From Bdellovibrionales bacterium (GTDB taxonomy: Bacteria; Bdellovibrionota; Bdellovibrionia; Bdellovibrionales; JAGQZY01): a stretch of 58,324 nt of DNA. The number at the start of each line of letters is the position of its first letter. Within the stretch, counting starts at the first letter, position 1. The DNA lies in NCBI GenBank assembly GCA_031426555.1, contig JANPLN010000068.1, positions 1 to 58,324 of the forward strand, given 5' to 3'. Position numbers and translations under genes: made by a program. Under the pieces are notes generated by a model. The model had not been told where the DNA came from. It did not search any database and saw only the letters and a program-made list of their open reading frames with translations. This document shows, in pieces, positions 13,400-23,919 of this stretch.

Positions 13400-14005
13400 T
13401 CACTCCTTCACCTTGCCCAAATATTCGAACTGAAAAACTTCTGATTGCCCCTCTTGGCGATCACTCATTTTGCTAATTCCCTTATTTGTAAAGTCTGTGA
13501 AAAGTTCTTTTTCTTGCGACAGCAGTGAAGCAAACGATTGCGCATCATCGGCTGAGTTTGCCATACCTTCCACTTTTATTTCGTCTTTATCGAGCTCCAA
13601 CTTCTTTAACCAAGCGGAACGCGGAATATGAGTTTGCAGTGCAAGCAAACTATTAATTTTTTGCTTACGCATCGAAAATATTTTTCGCACCACTCCCACT
13701 TTTTTGTCGACCTCTTGCTTTTGCTGATCAATCTGGCGAAGAACATCATCCACGCTGCCGACTTGCGCCAACTTCTCATCCAGTGTCGTTTTCTCTTGAA
13801 CAACTAAAACAAGTTCCTGGTCTCTGATTCCCAACTGATGCTTTTCGAAGATGATTAATCCGATGATTGGGAGCAAAATAAAGATAACTTTAATAATGAG
13901 ATCTCTTTGACTAGCAACGTCGGCTCCGCTAGAAACGGCCGCGGCGGGCTTTGCTGCTGCATCCATGTTTCTCATGAGGGCGTTGGCGAGATTTATACGA
14001 ATCAT
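13400..14005 (-). CDS. pilN: Type IV pilus assembly protein PilN
   Basis: N-terminal MIRINL (PilM-binding motif), TM helix, coiled coil, P..AWL PilN core. The start overlaps the pilM stop. Confidence 0.88.
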   Translation of the reverse strand: MIRINLANALMRNMDAAAKPAAAVSSGADVASQRDLIIKVIFILLPIIGLIIFEKHQLGIRDQELVLVVQEKTTLDEKLAQVGSVDDVLRQIDQQKQEVDKKVGVVRKIFSMRKQKINSLLALQTHIPRSAWLKKLELDKDEIKVEGMANSADDAQSFASLLSQEKELFTDFTNKGISKMSDRQEGQSEVFQFEYLGKVKE

Positions 14006-15039
14006 TTTGCGCTCCGTAATCCTAAACCGATAGCTACGGGACAAAATAAACGGATTTGCTCTTTGAGTTCGGCGGAGATCTTCTTTGGATTCACTTCAAC
14101 GCGCAGAAAGGGGTCCAAAAGCGTGCACGATGTGCCGGTTGTTTCCTGAATCTTCTGCATCAATCCAGGGGTTCGAATAACTCCGCCCGAAGTAAAAATT
14201 TGCGAAACCGACTGTGTCGCACCACTGGATTTGTAAAAATCAAAACTGTTGTTGATCTCCATAGCCAGAGTGTCGTTGATATTGCCAACGGCAGTCATAA
14301 CTTCCTGTGGAGTTTCCTGTTGAAACGACATCCCGATTTTAAGACTCTCTGCCTCTTGCAGACCCACTCCGAGATCCCGCGAAATTTCAGTGTCGTAGAG
14401 TTGCCCGCCGTAGGGTATGTCGCGTGAGAACACAACACTGCCTGAGTCGATGATAACAAGATTGGTGACACTGGCTCCAATGTTCACTAAAGCCACTGTT
14501 CCAGGAACTACGCCGTAGTTGAATTCGAAACAGTTGGCGAGAGCAAGACCATTCACATCAACAATGGAGCACTTTAAATCTGCGGTTTCCACAGATTCAA
14601 AATAACGGAAGATGTGCTCTTGTCTGGCTGCCACTAAAAGTACATCCATGGTTTCGGCACTGGAAGTGGTGATAATATGAAAATCAAATACCGATTCGTC
14701 GATATTGAATGGAATGTACTGTTCTGCTTCCCAGCGCAACTGTTCATGGACGATTTTTGGATCCATTTTAGGCATGGTGATTTTTTTAACGAGCACGGCC
14801 CCACCAAACATTCCCACAGCCACCGGATATTTTTTGTAACCTTTACGATCAGAGATCGTGCGCAAGCAACTGGCAACCACTTCTGGAGTTAAGATGTCTC
14901 CAGCCTCGATGGCTCCTTTTGGTACTGGAACCATGTTTAAATCGTTAAGAATAGCCCGCTTACCAGAAACTTTCAGGTCTGCTATCTTAACTGAGCTGGA
15001 CCCCAAATCGAGTCCTAGGAGGGGTTTTTTAAAAAACAT
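14002..15039 (-). CDS. pilM: Type IV pilus assembly ATPase-like protein PilM
   Basis: GLDLGSSSVK, EAEQYIPF, VLLVAA, VNIGASVTN, SGG actin-fold motifs. Confidence 0.95.
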   Translation of the reverse strand: MFFKKPLLGLDLGSSSVKIADLKVSGKRAILNDLNMVPVPKGAIEAGDILTPEVVASCLRTISDRKGYKKYPVAVGMFGGAVLVKKITMPKMDPKIVHEQLRWEAEQYIPFNIDESVFDFHIITTSSAETMDVLLVAARQEHIFRYFESVETADLKCSIVDVNGLALANCFEFNYGVVPGTVALVNIGASVTNLVIIDSGSVVFSRDIPYGGQLYDTEISRDLGVGLQEAESLKIGMSFQQETPQEVMTAVGNINDTLAMEINNSFDFYKSSGATQSVSQIFTSGGVIRTPGLMQKIQETTGTSCTLLDPFLRVEVNPKKISAELKEQIRLFCPVAIGLGLRSAK

Positions 15040-15090
15040 CGTTGCAACACCTTATGTTGATACACCTTGGTCCAATACGGTCCTCATCAA

Positions 15091-15119
15091 ATTATTTAAT
15101 CCAGCTGTCCTAAAGTCAA
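15091..15119 (-). promoter_or_regulatory. Putative internal promoter for pilMNOPQ
   Basis: TTGACT, 17 nt, AATAAT in the 119-bp pilD-pilM gap. Confidence 0.45.
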
Positions 15120-15158
15120 ACTAGACGGAGGAACCTATCCTAAGAGCCTGCTTAATCT

Positions 15159-15938
15159 CTAAAGAGGGAAGAAGAGTGACTGGACCAATGTAGGCCCAAT
15201 AAGAAAAACGTAGCACAAAGCTGCTAAAGTCAAAAACGGACCGAATGGAATCGGCTCTTGCAGACTTCCTTTTTTGAGTGACGAGCGTATCAACCCGGCA
15301 ATCAAACCAGTGACGGAGGCAATCAGGAACACGAAGGGCAGGCACTGCCATCCTAGGACGGCTCCAATCCAAGCTACGAGCTTGATGTCACCGCCACCCA
15401 TCCCCTCAACTTTGCGAATCAGATAGTGCACATAAGCTGTGAGATATAAAAAACCACCGCCGACAACAAACCCTAAAAAACCATCAAGAAAAGCGCGCTC
15501 GGGGTTGAGTGCGGCACCGATGAGTCCAATCACTAAGCCACCAAGAGTAAAAACATCTGGAAGAATAAAATGCTTAAGATCAATAAAGGACGCTGTGACG
15601 GAAGCAAAAATAAAAATACAGATTTCCAAAAGAAACCAGCTTAGGCCCAACTTTAGAAACGCTGCCGCAAATAACACCGCCATCAATAATTCAACCACAA
15701 AATACTGAGCAGAAATGGAAGTTTTACAGTAGGAACATTTTCCCTTTAAAAACAGCCAAGAAAAAATTGGAATATTATGAAACCAGCGAATTCCTTTTCC
15801 ACAGCTCGCACAATGACTTCCGGGCACAATGCTTTTGCCATCGGGGATACGCAAAATGAGCACGTTGGCAAAACTACCCCAAATGGCACCTAAAACAAAA
15901 AACCAAATCGCGTAAAGACACTCAAAATTATAAATCAA
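15159..15938 (-). CDS. pilD: Prepilin peptidase/N-methyltransferase PilD
   Basis: GSFANV, two CxxC pairs, IDLKHFILPD, GMGGGDIKL, IPFGPFL. Confidence 0.96.
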   Translation of the reverse strand: MIYNFECLYAIWFFVLGAIWGSFANVLILRIPDGKSIVPGSHCASCGKGIRWFHNIPIFSWLFLKGKCSYCKTSISAQYFVVELLMAVLFAAAFLKLGLSWFLLEICIFIFASVTASFIDLKHFILPDVFTLGGLVIGLIGAALNPERAFLDGFLGFVVGGGFLYLTAYVHYLIRKVEGMGGGDIKLVAWIGAVLGWQCLPFVFLIASVTGLIAGLIRSSLKKGSLQEPIPFGPFLTLAALCYVFLIGPTLVQSLFFPL

Positions 15939-16702
15939 GCAAAATCCCGTTTTCTAAAAACCAACGAGGCTGCAAATAAAAAGAAAAAGGTCCACGCCAG
16001 CGAAATGGCGCTGGATTTTAAAACATAAGATAATTGTAAAAAAGCATCCACTGGTTGCAAGCGCCAATTAAAAAGCTCGAGGTTCGGCAATACTTTATTT
16101 ACGATTTTGCCGATCATGACATAATCCTTGTTGACGTTATTCATAACCATCTGCGACAGCGTTTCCGACCAGTGACCGATGATAAAAAAGCAAATTGTAA
16201 AAATGATCGTCAAAAATGAAGCACTGAAAGTGGAAAAAAACAGCGTCACCGCAAGTAAGATCATAACTTCGAGAGCAAATCCTAGAAAAACTAAAAATAT
16301 ATCAAACGAATCAAACGAAAAACCCATAAAAAGAAGGCTCCCCGTGTAGAGAAGAAAAAATCCAAGATTAAAACTGAACATCAGCTGCAAAAAACCCAAG
16401 TACTTGCCAACTAAAAATTGCGGCCGCGAAAGAGGTCGCACGAGGACCGTCAGAATCGTTAATCGATCAATCTCTTTGTAAACGATGGAGCCACCAATAA
16501 AAATTGTTAAAGCCACCAAGCACATATGAATTGAGGCAAGGCCCAAACTGATCGAAAGACGAAACTGTTCCGAAAAACTCAATTGCCCGAGAGCGAGCAT
16601 TAGAAATAAAAGAAAAACGGCGAAGAAGAGAAACATGTAGAGAACGCGGTTGCGAACAAGTTCTAAAAACGTATTTTGCGATATAACAAAAATATTTTTC
16701 AT
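15935..16702 (-). CDS. ABC transporter permease (PilI-like)
   Basis: Multi-TM protein with KEIDRLTILTVLVRPLSRPQFLVGKYLG; sits between the ABC ATPase and pilD, as in myxobacterial pilGHI-pilD clusters. Confidence 0.85.
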   Translation of the reverse strand: MKNIFVISQNTFLELVRNRVLYMFLFFAVFLLFLMLALGQLSFSEQFRLSISLGLASIHMCLVALTIFIGGSIVYKEIDRLTILTVLVRPLSRPQFLVGKYLGFLQLMFSFNLGFFLLYTGSLLFMGFSFDSFDIFLVFLGFALEVMILLAVTLFFSTFSASFLTIIFTICFFIIGHWSETLSQMVMNNVNKDYVMIGKIVNKVLPNLELFNWRLQPVDAFLQLSYVLKSSAISLAWTFFFLFAASLVFRKRDFA

Positions 16703-17571
16703 GTGACACTCTTCTCCCGCTTCAGTTTTGCGAAGGCCTCTTCAAGGGAAACTCGGGGTTCCCTCACCGAAATCAATGTTCCGGACTGGGTTTTCACGTC
16801 CGTAATAATGTTTTGCACCGCCGCCAAATCCACTGCCATTTTTTTTATATTTTCATTATTGATTGTGTAAATAATTTCGTAGCCGACATTTCCAGACTGA
16901 ATAAAATTACTTTTAAGACCTTCGAAGAGAATGCGACCCTTATCAATAATTACCAAACGATCGCAGAGTTTTTCCACGTCATCGAGCAAGTGACTGCTAA
17001 AAAAAAGTGTCGTTCCCGCCTGGCCCAATTCTTTGATCAGCTCAGTGATTTGATAACGTCCATCGGGATCAAGGCCAGACATGGGCTCATCCAAAATTAA
17101 AAATTTAGGCTGGTGAATAATTGCCTGTGCTAAACCCACTCTTTGCAACATCCCTTTAGAGTAATTGCGTAGGAGCTTGTCCTTTGCATGACCCAAGCCG
17201 ACTTTTTCTAATAATGCGTCTGCCTTTTTTTTAATCTCTTTTTTTGGAAGTTTTAAAGAGAGCTGTCCGTAGAAAACTAAAAACTCCATGCCGGTAAGGT
17301 ATTCGTAAAAATACGGGCGTTCGGGCATGTAGCCGATGTATTCGCGAAAATCCTTGTGTTGATTGTCGAAAAACGACATTTCACCTTTATCGTATTGGAG
17401 CAATCCCAACATTGTCTTCATTGTGGTGGTTTTTCCTGCGCCGTTGCTACCTAAAAACCCCGTGATGGATTTTTCGGGCACTGAAAAGCTCACATCAAAA
17501 AGCACTTGGCGTTTTTGCAAGGTTAATTTATCGCGGAATGTCTTACATAAATCTCGAACTTGTAATGTCAT
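16699..17571 (-). CDS. ABC transporter ATP-binding protein (PilH-like)
   Basis: GSNGAGKTT, YSKGMLQR, ILDEPMSGLD, SSH. Confidence 0.92.
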   Translation of the reverse strand: MTLQVRDLCKTFRDKLTLQKRQVLFDVSFSVPEKSITGFLGSNGAGKTTTMKTMLGLLQYDKGEMSFFDNQHKDFREYIGYMPERPYFYEYLTGMEFLVFYGQLSLKLPKKEIKKKADALLEKVGLGHAKDKLLRNYSKGMLQRVGLAQAIIHQPKFLILDEPMSGLDPDGRYQITELIKELGQAGTTLFFSSHLLDDVEKLCDRLVIIDKGRILFEGLKSNFIQSGNVGYEIIYTINNENIKKMAVDLAAVQNIITDVKTQSGTLISVREPRVSLEEAFAKLKREKSVT

Positions 17572-17586
17572 TCCTAAACTATGAAC

Positions 17587-20500
17587 TTAAATTGGAACGA
17601 CGTCAAATTGTCCAGAATGCAGTTTTCGAAGCGCTAATAAAAGTGCCTCTGCTGCATGGTCCTCGGTAATACACGGGATTGCATAATCCGTGCAACTTCG
17701 TCGAATCTGAAAGCTTGCATCTATGGACTGCCGACCCGAGGTTGTGTTGATGACCATCATGACCTTCCCTGAACGGATGCGATCCACGCAATGGGGCCGC
17801 CCCTCATGAACTTTTTTTACCGGGATACAATCGATACCGCTGTCATATAAAAACTTGGCTGTCCCTTGAGTGGCTGAAAAGGTATACCCCAAGCTTTGTA
17901 ATCCGGTGATCACTGGAATGAGTGTGGTTTTGTCTTTTTCGCGAAGGGACAGAAAAATCTCCCCACTTTTTGCCAGGCGATGATGACTCGAGATGAACGC
18001 CTTCCACAAAGCCTCGCTGTAATCAGCTCCGCGCCCCATGCTTTCTCCGGTGGATTTCATTTCGGGTCCAAGGATCGAGTCGGAATCGACAAATTTGTTA
18101 AATGGAAAAACAACTCCCTTAACGCAAACCTGTTTGAGATCGCGGTAATTAAAAGAGTCCAATTTCATATCTTGCTTTTTTACCCCCAGAACAGCCTGCA
18201 CGCCGAGATCGACCAGCGGCGTTCTTGCTGCTTTCGCTACAAATGGAACTGTTCGTGAGCAGCGAGGGTTCGCTTCTAAAATATACGCAATATTGTTCTT
18301 TAGAGCCAATTGCACATTCATATGCCCTAAAACTTCGAGCTTATTCGAAAGTTTTTTACAGATATCTTCAATGCTATCCAATGTGGAAGGCTTTAAGCGT
18401 TGGGGAGGAATGACGCCCATGCTGTCGCCCGAGTGAACTCCTGCCGCCTCGATGTGTTCGATGATACCGCCGATAAAACACCAATCCACGCCGCGAACAA
18501 CGTCCACATCCACCTCGAGGGCTCCCTCGAGAAACTGATCCATAAAACAAGGAGCCGACGAAGAAATCACCGGCGCATGTTTTTGAAAGTACTCCGCAAG
18601 CTCGGCTTCGTTTTCGATCACTTCCATACGCCGCCCACCCAAAACATAACTTGGTCGGCAAATGATGGGATAACCGATATCGGCTGCCACAGTTTGTGCT
18701 TCGGAAAACTGCGTGGCGAGTCCCGCTTGCGGCACGAGTAGCCCCAACTCATCACAAACTTTTTTAAAGCGCGCGCGGTCTTCGGCAAGATCGATGGTAT
18801 TGAGGGACGAGCCCATCAATTTTAAACCGGCCTGCTCGAGCTCTTTGGCGACATTGATCGGAGTCTGCCCGCCCAGCTGAACAACAACACCGGTTGGATG
18901 AATTAACGAGGCGATTTCTAAAATGTATTCTGCAACTAAGGGTTCAAAAAATAAGTAATCGCTGGTGTCGTAATCGGTGGAAACGGTTTCGGGATTGGAA
19001 TTGACCATGGCCACGGGATAACCATTTTTTTGAAAGGCTTTAACACCGCGAACACAGCAGTAGTCAAATTCAATACCCTGACCGATGCGATTTGGACCGC
19101 TTCCCAAAACCATCACAGGTTTCACTTTGCTTTCGATCTTCGGTCTGTTTTTTGTCCAGTAGGTGGAATAATAATACGGAGTCTGCGATTCAAATTCCCC
19201 TGCGCAGGTGTCCACTTGATAAAATCCGGGGTGAATATTCCACGCTTTTCGCTTTTCTCTAATTTCGCTTTCCTGCAAATTTAACAGCTGCGAAATTCGT
19301 TTGTCCGAAAAGCCATTTTTCTTTAGCGCCAACAAACTGTCTGCGGTGAGGCTTTGTTTTTCCTGCAGATGCATTTCGTGATCTACGATCTCTTTGATGT
19401 GGTGAAGAAACCAGTGAGTGATCTGTGTGAGCTCGTAAACTTGGTCAATTGTAAAACCTTGGCGAAACGCCTGGGCCAGATGATACAGTCGTTGCGAATT
19501 AGGATAGGATAACTTTTCTGGCAGAAAATTAACTTCTTCGAAACCGCTGTGCGTTTCCATGGAAACGATGGCTTTTTGTAAGGATTCTTTAAAAGTTCTA
19601 CCGATACTCATCACCTCGCCAACGCTCTTCATTTGCGTTGAGAGGAGATCTTTAGAGCCTGTGAATTTTTCGAAAGCGAAGCGCGGAATTTTTGTGACCA
19701 CGTAGTCCAACGCCGGCTCGTAACACGAGGGTGTGGATTTTGTGACGTCGTTAGTCACTTCTTCGAGAGTGAATCCCACAGCGAGCATCGCTGCAATTTT
19801 CGCGATGGGAAATCCGGTCGCTTTACTTGCTAAAGCTGAGGAACGACTCACTCGGGGGTTCATTTCGATGACGACGCGCTTGCCGCTTTCGGGATGAACC
19901 GCGAACTGGATGTTCGCACCGCCACACTCAAGGCCCACGGCATCGAGGATTCTGCGAGCTTCGTCGCGCATATCTTGATATGCTCTTTCGGAGAGAGTCT
20001 GCTGCGGCGCCACGGTGATGCTATCGCCGGTGTGCACGCCGCACGGATCTAAATTTTCGATACTGCAAATGGTTACGAAAACGCCTTTTTTGTCGCGCAT
20101 GACTTCGAGTTCAAACTCTTTCCAACCAGCAATACTTTCCTCGACTAACACCTCAGAGGTGGGGCTTTCGCTCAAAGCTTTGGCGATCATCTGCTCGTAC
20201 TCTTCGAGTGAATAGGCAATACCGCCACCACCACCGCCAAGCGTGTAGTTGGGGCGCAGAATGATTGGGAAGCCGATGATTTTGGCCGCATCCAAACCAT
20301 CCTTGAGATTGCGCACCATTTCGCTTTTGGCGTATTTAGCGCCGAGGTTTTTTAAAATTTGACGAAACTGTTCGCGATCTTCGGCGGCTCTGATGACCTG
20401 CTCCGTAGCGCCGATCATCTCGATGCCTAGGCGCTTGAGTATTCCTGAGGACGAAAGCTCGAGACCAAGATTGAGCGCCGTCTGTCCACCGAGGGTGGGA

Positions 20501-20760
20501 ATGATGGCGTCTGGTTTTTCTTTTTCGAGAATTTTTTCAACAAATGGCAATTTTAGCGGCTCGATATAGACTTTGTGAGCGACGTCAGGGTCTGTCATGA
20601 TGGTTGCTGGGTTTGAGTTGATTAAAACCACCTCAATTCCAAGGCTGCGAAGTGCTTTACACGCTTGTGTGCCTGAGTAGTCAAACTCGCAGGCCTGCCC
20701 GATAACAATCGGACCACTTCCGAGAATTAAAACCTTTTTATACTTTGGGTCGAGTCCCAT
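17587..20760 (-). CDS. carB: Carbamoyl-phosphate synthase large subunit
   Basis: [17 protein letters not shown], duplicated ATP-grasp halves, [10 protein letters not shown]-terminal MGS-like domain. Confidence 0.98.
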   Translation of the reverse strand: MGLDPKYKKVLILGSGPIVIGQACEFDYSGTQACKALRSLGIEVVLINSNPATIMTDPDVAHKVYIEPLKLPFVEKILEKEKPDAIIPTLGGQTALNLGLELSSSGILKRLGIEMIGATEQVIRAAEDREQFRQILKNLGAKYAKSEMVRNLKDGLDAAKIIGFPIILRPNYTLGGGGGGIAYSLEEYEQMIAKALSESPTSEVLVEESIAGWKEFELEVMRDKKGVFVTICSIENLDPCGVHTGDSITVAPQQTLSERAYQDMRDEARRILDAVGLECGGANIQFAVHPESGKRVVIEMNPRVSRSSALASKATGFPIAKIAAMLAVGFTLEEVTNDVTKSTPSCYEPALDYVVTKIPRFAFEKFTGSKDLLSTQMKSVGEVMSIGRTFKESLQKAIVSMETHSGFEEVNFLPEKLSYPNSQRLYHLAQAFRQGFTIDQVYELTQITHWFLHHIKEIVDHEMHLQEKQSLTADSLLALKKNGFSDKRISQLLNLQESEIREKRKAWNIHPGFYQVDTCAGEFESQTPYYYSTYWTKNRPKIESKVKPVMVLGSGPNRIGQGIEFDYCCVRGVKAFQKNGYPVAMVNSNPETVSTDYDTSDYLFFEPLVAEYILEIASLIHPTGVVVQLGGQTPINVAKELEQAGLKLMGSSLNTIDLAEDRARFKKVCDELGLLVPQAGLATQFSEAQTVAADIGYPIICRPSYVLGGRRMEVIENEAELAEYFQKHAPVISSSAPCFMDQFLEGALEVDVDVVRGVDWCFIGGIIEHIEAAGVHSGDSMGVIPPQRLKPSTLDSIEDICKKLSNKLEVLGHMNVQLALKNNIAYILEANPRCSRTVPFVAKAARTPLVDLGVQAVLGVKKQDMKLDSFNYRDLKQVCVKGVVFPFNKFVDSDSILGPEMKSTGESMGRGADYSEALWKAFISSHHRLAKSGEIFLSLREKDKTTLIPVITGLQSLGYTFSATQGTAKFLYDSGIDCIPVKKVHEGRPHCVDRIRSGKVMMVINTTSGRQSIDASFQIRRSCTDYAIPCITEDHAAEALLLALRKLHSGQFDVVPI

Positions 20761-21404
20761 TAAAACCTCACTGCACTGTTTAAGCTGTAAATCTGTTGGT
20801 GAGTTACGTGTGAATATCGCTCAAGTTTAAAATACATTCGCGCCAAGTTATAAATAAGGGTCACCTGCTCTTCATAACTTTGCTTTTGTGCTTTTTTACA
20901 TTGCTCCAAAATAAATTTTCGTGTCTCCAAGGGATGAAAGATAACTCCCGTGGTGAAGAAGTTATTGTGTTTATCGCTGGAAAAGTGCGTACTAAAGATG
21001 CTTCCCTTTGGCGATAAAAAGTTTACCGAGGATTTTTTGACGATGACTTTCTCGCCGGTAAATAAATTCTTGGCATAATGATCTTGCCCTTTGGTTTTAA
21101 TAAATTCAAAAAGCGAACATCGAGCGCCAGCCAAGGCCTCGTAGTAAGGACGCAGCTCCACGCTCATTTCGAAGCCATCGAGATTGAGCGCCATTTTCGC
21201 CGGCGTTAGCAGAGTGCCTGTCACTGGGCGTGTGAGGAGGTACCAATCAAAAAACAAGGTGAGATGCCGTTCAAAATCGGAGGTGTCGGTTTCGCTCACT
21301 CCGATGTCCCCAAAGAACTGCTCTTTAGCCTTGACCACTTCCTTTTGATATTTAGCGGACGAAAAATACTCGGTTAATGTTTCAAGGCACAGCTCATAAC
21401 TCAT
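20760..21404 (-). CDS. Hypothetical protein between carA and carB
   Basis: About 214-aa ORF whose start and stop overlap carA and carB. Confidence 0.8.
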   Translation of the reverse strand: MSYELCLETLTEYFSSAKYQKEVVKAKEQFFGDIGVSETDTSDFERHLTLFFDWYLLTRPVTGTLLTPAKMALNLDGFEMSVELRPYYEALAGARCSLFEFIKTKGQDHYAKNLFTGEKVIVKKSSVNFLSPKGSIFSTHFSSDKHNNFFTTGVIFHPLETRKFILEQCKKAQKQSYEEQVTLIYNLARMYFKLERYSHVTHQQIYSLNSAVRF

Positions 21405-22464
21405 GTTGGATCCAATCGATGTACTCATCAAATAAAACTCCAGCATCGCGCGGTCCCGGATAGCACTCTGGGTGAAACTGAACGCTGAAACATTTTTTGT
21501 TCTTATAGTAAATTCCTGAAATGGTTTGATCGTTCAAATTCATGTGGCTCACCGTCACATCGGAAGGCAAAGTTTTCGCGTCGATGGCGTAGCCGTGATT
21601 TTGACTGGTGACGTAGATTTCATCGGTGCGAAGATCTTTGACGGGATGATTGGCTCCATGGTGGCCAAATTTTAAACGATAGGTTTTTGCACCAAGGGCC
21701 CGAGCTAATATCTGTTGCCCCATGCAAATACCAAAAATAACTTTTTGTCCTAAGAACTTTTGCACAACCTCAACGGTCTTTTGCACATCCGCGGGATCTC
21801 CGGGGCCGTTTGAAAGTAAAATCCCGTCGGGATTCCATTTTTTAATTTCTTCGAACGATGTTCGCGAAGGGAACACCGCCACTTCACGGCAGCGTTTTAG
21901 AAGTTCGCGGATGATATTTTGTTTGCAGCCATAATCCAGCACCGCCACGCGCGGTCCCGATGAGGAGGCTCCGCTCAAGGATTTCATTTCGCGCGTCGAA
22001 ACATGATGCACCCAATCTTTATCCAAACCGCGATGTTTTTCGATGAGCGTCTTTGCTTCGTTTTTCGCTTCGTCGAGGTTTTCAGCTTGCATAGCGGCAC
22101 CAAGCATCGTTCCTTTGTCGCGCAAATAAAGCACCAGATCCCGAGTGTCGATGCCGTTAAGTACTGGCACTCCTGCATCACTCAATCTGCGAATCCAAGA
22201 ATCGTCTTGTTTGTAAATGTCGAGCGCAATGAAACCTTCGATCCAAATTTGCTGGGATTCCCAAAAAGAAGTATCCACGCCGTAGTTACCTTGCATTGGC
22301 GCGCACATCACCATGATCTGTCCGTAGTAGGATGGATCGGTGGCGATTTCCTCGTAGCCATTGTGAGAAGTGTTAAAAATCACTTCGCCGGCGCGAGCTT
22401 TTCCGCCGAGCCATTCGCCTTCGTAGATTTTTCCGTCTTCTAGAACCAAAAAGCCTTTTTTCAT
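21394..22464 (-). CDS. carA: Carbamoyl-phosphate synthase small subunit
   Basis: GEVIFNT, TDPSY.GQI, SNGPGDP, GICMG, SQNHG, QFHPE. Start set at MKKGFLVLEDG. Confidence 0.97.
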   Translation of the reverse strand: MKKGFLVLEDGKIYEGEWLGGKARAGEVIFNTSHNGYEEIATDPSYYGQIMVMCAPMQGNYGVDTSFWESQQIWIEGFIALDIYKQDDSWIRRLSDAGVPVLNGIDTRDLVLYLRDKGTMLGAAMQAENLDEAKNEAKTLIEKHRGLDKDWVHHVSTREMKSLSGASSSGPRVAVLDYGCKQNIIRELLKRCREVAVFPSRTSFEEIKKWNPDGILLSNGPGDPADVQKTVEVVQKFLGQKVIFGICMGQQILARALGAKTYRLKFGHHGANHPVKDLRTDEIYVTSQNHGYAIDAKTLPSDVTVSHMNLNDQTISGIYYKNKKCFSVQFHPECYPGPRDAGVLFDEYIDWIQHEL

Positions 22465-22465
22465 C

Positions 22466-23404
22466 TTAATACCCATTCTTTCGCGCAACGAGGTCGAGGA
22501 GCGCTGCTCGCACAAAAACACCATTTTGCTTTTGTTGCCACATTCTAAAATGCGGTAACTCCCGCACCGACGGATCAAATTCCAAGCCCCAGTTCACCGG
22601 GCCTGGATGAAACACCAAGGCTGTGGACTTCAGATACTTCGCTTTCGTAGAATCTAACTGATAATTTTTAATATACTCATCTCTTGAAAAGGTGTTTTTC
22701 TCATCATGTCGCTCGAATTGCACGCGCAATCCTACCACAACATCGGCCCATGGCAGGGCTTCGGAAAGTTGTGTAAAGCTCTTCTGTGATGCCGGAATTC
22801 CACCTAAGAATGACTCAGGTCCAACCACGCCGATGTTGGCGCCGAGTGATGATAGAAATCGGAAATGCGATTGAGCCACCCGACTGTGGCGCACATCACC
22901 CACAAAGAGGATATTTTTATTTTTTAAATCTGCAAAGGTTTCGAGCATCGTAAAAACATCGAGCAACGCCTGAGTGGGATGGGAATGGGTGCCGTAGCCA
23001 GCGTTAATGAGAGGAATTTGCGTTTTTTTACTAAGCTCGAGCAACTTGAGTTCGTCACCACAGCGGACGACGAGTACATTGGGCCCCATGGCGTGGAGAG
23101 TCCAAAAAGTGTCCTCAAACGTTTCGCCCTTAATCAGACTTGAGCCTTCTTTGGAGGCGCCGTCAAAAAATGTGGTTTGCCAACCCATTCGAAGTGCTGC
23201 CATTTCGAAGCTGGAACGAGTGCGTGTGCTGGGTTCGAAAAAAAGCAGGCTTAACAAGAGATCTTGGCTGGAAAATGACGTTTTGGAAAAAGATCGGTGT
23301 TTTAAAAAATCATTTTTAATGGTCTTTGCTTGCGCGAACAAGCCTTCGATCTCTTTTTGTGAGAGATCGTCTGTTTCAAGGAACGAAAAGACGGGGGAAC
23401 TCAT
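22466..23404 (-). CDS. pyrB: Aspartate carbamoyltransferase catalytic subunit
   Basis: FFEPSTRT, INAG, HPTQALLD, VGDVRHSRV, RVQFER, HPGP. Confidence 0.96.
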   Translation of the reverse strand: MSSPVFSFLETDDLSQKEIEGLFAQAKTIKNDFLKHRSFSKTSFSSQDLLLSLLFFEPSTRTRSSFEMAALRMGWQTTFFDGASKEGSSLIKGETFEDTFWTLHAMGPNVLVVRCGDELKLLELSKKTQIPLINAGYGTHSHPTQALLDVFTMLETFADLKNKNILFVGDVRHSRVAQSHFRFLSSLGANIGVVGPESFLGGIPASQKSFTQLSEALPWADVVVGLRVQFERHDEKNTFSRDEYIKNYQLDSTKAKYLKSTALVFHPGPVNWGLEFDPSVRELPHFRMWQQKQNGVFVRAALLDLVARKNGY

Positions 23405-23413
23405 TAAAAAAAC

Positions 23414-23442
23414 AGCATAGTTATGAGGGTGTGGGTTGTCAA
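23414..23442 (-). promoter_or_regulatory. sigma70 promoter of pyrB-carA-carB
   Basis: TTGACA (23442-23437), 17 nt, TATGCT (23419-23414), then GTTTTTTTA and the ATG. Confidence 0.7.
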
Positions 23443-23577
23443 CATCTCCGGGCCGGTTTAGTAGACTCTACTCGCTGTTTTTGCCAGTTAAAAGATATGG
23501 GATTTGAGGACGGAGTCGATCCAGTTTTATGGGCTGTTTTTTTGGACATTTCCCTTCTCCCAACCTATGTTCTGCCT

Positions 23578-23875
23578 ATGAAAACAATCGTGATTCTAGG
23601 AACAGGCCGGTGGAAAATGATTTTTTGATGGTGGCGCAAAAGATGGCAGCTGCCGAAAATATTGTCTTTGCGACACCGGTGTATTGGTGCGCCATGAGTG
23701 CGATCTTTTAACGATACATAAAACCATCGGCAAATCTCTCAGCGGAAAAAGCACCTATTTAATTTCTACCGGCTCAGATACTGAGTTACCGGAAGGCTTT
23801 GAAATTCCTTTTCGTCTAACCTCGGAATACTTTGGAATGGTGTTTCAGAAAAGTTTTTACAAAGCTGTAAAGTAA
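23578..23875 (+). pseudogene. Decayed flavodoxin-like / NADPH-dependent FMN reductase gene
   Basis: Three pieces in different frames: MKTIVILGT, then NDFLMVAQKMAAAENIVFATPVYWCAMSA, then DLLTIHK..GKSTYLISTGSD.LPEGFEIPF. The ATPVYW flavodoxin motif is present and internal segments are missing. Confidence 0.8.
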
Positions 23876-23919
23876 GCTACCACCTTCTAAAAAATTACTG
23901 TCGTAACAGCTCAGAACAC

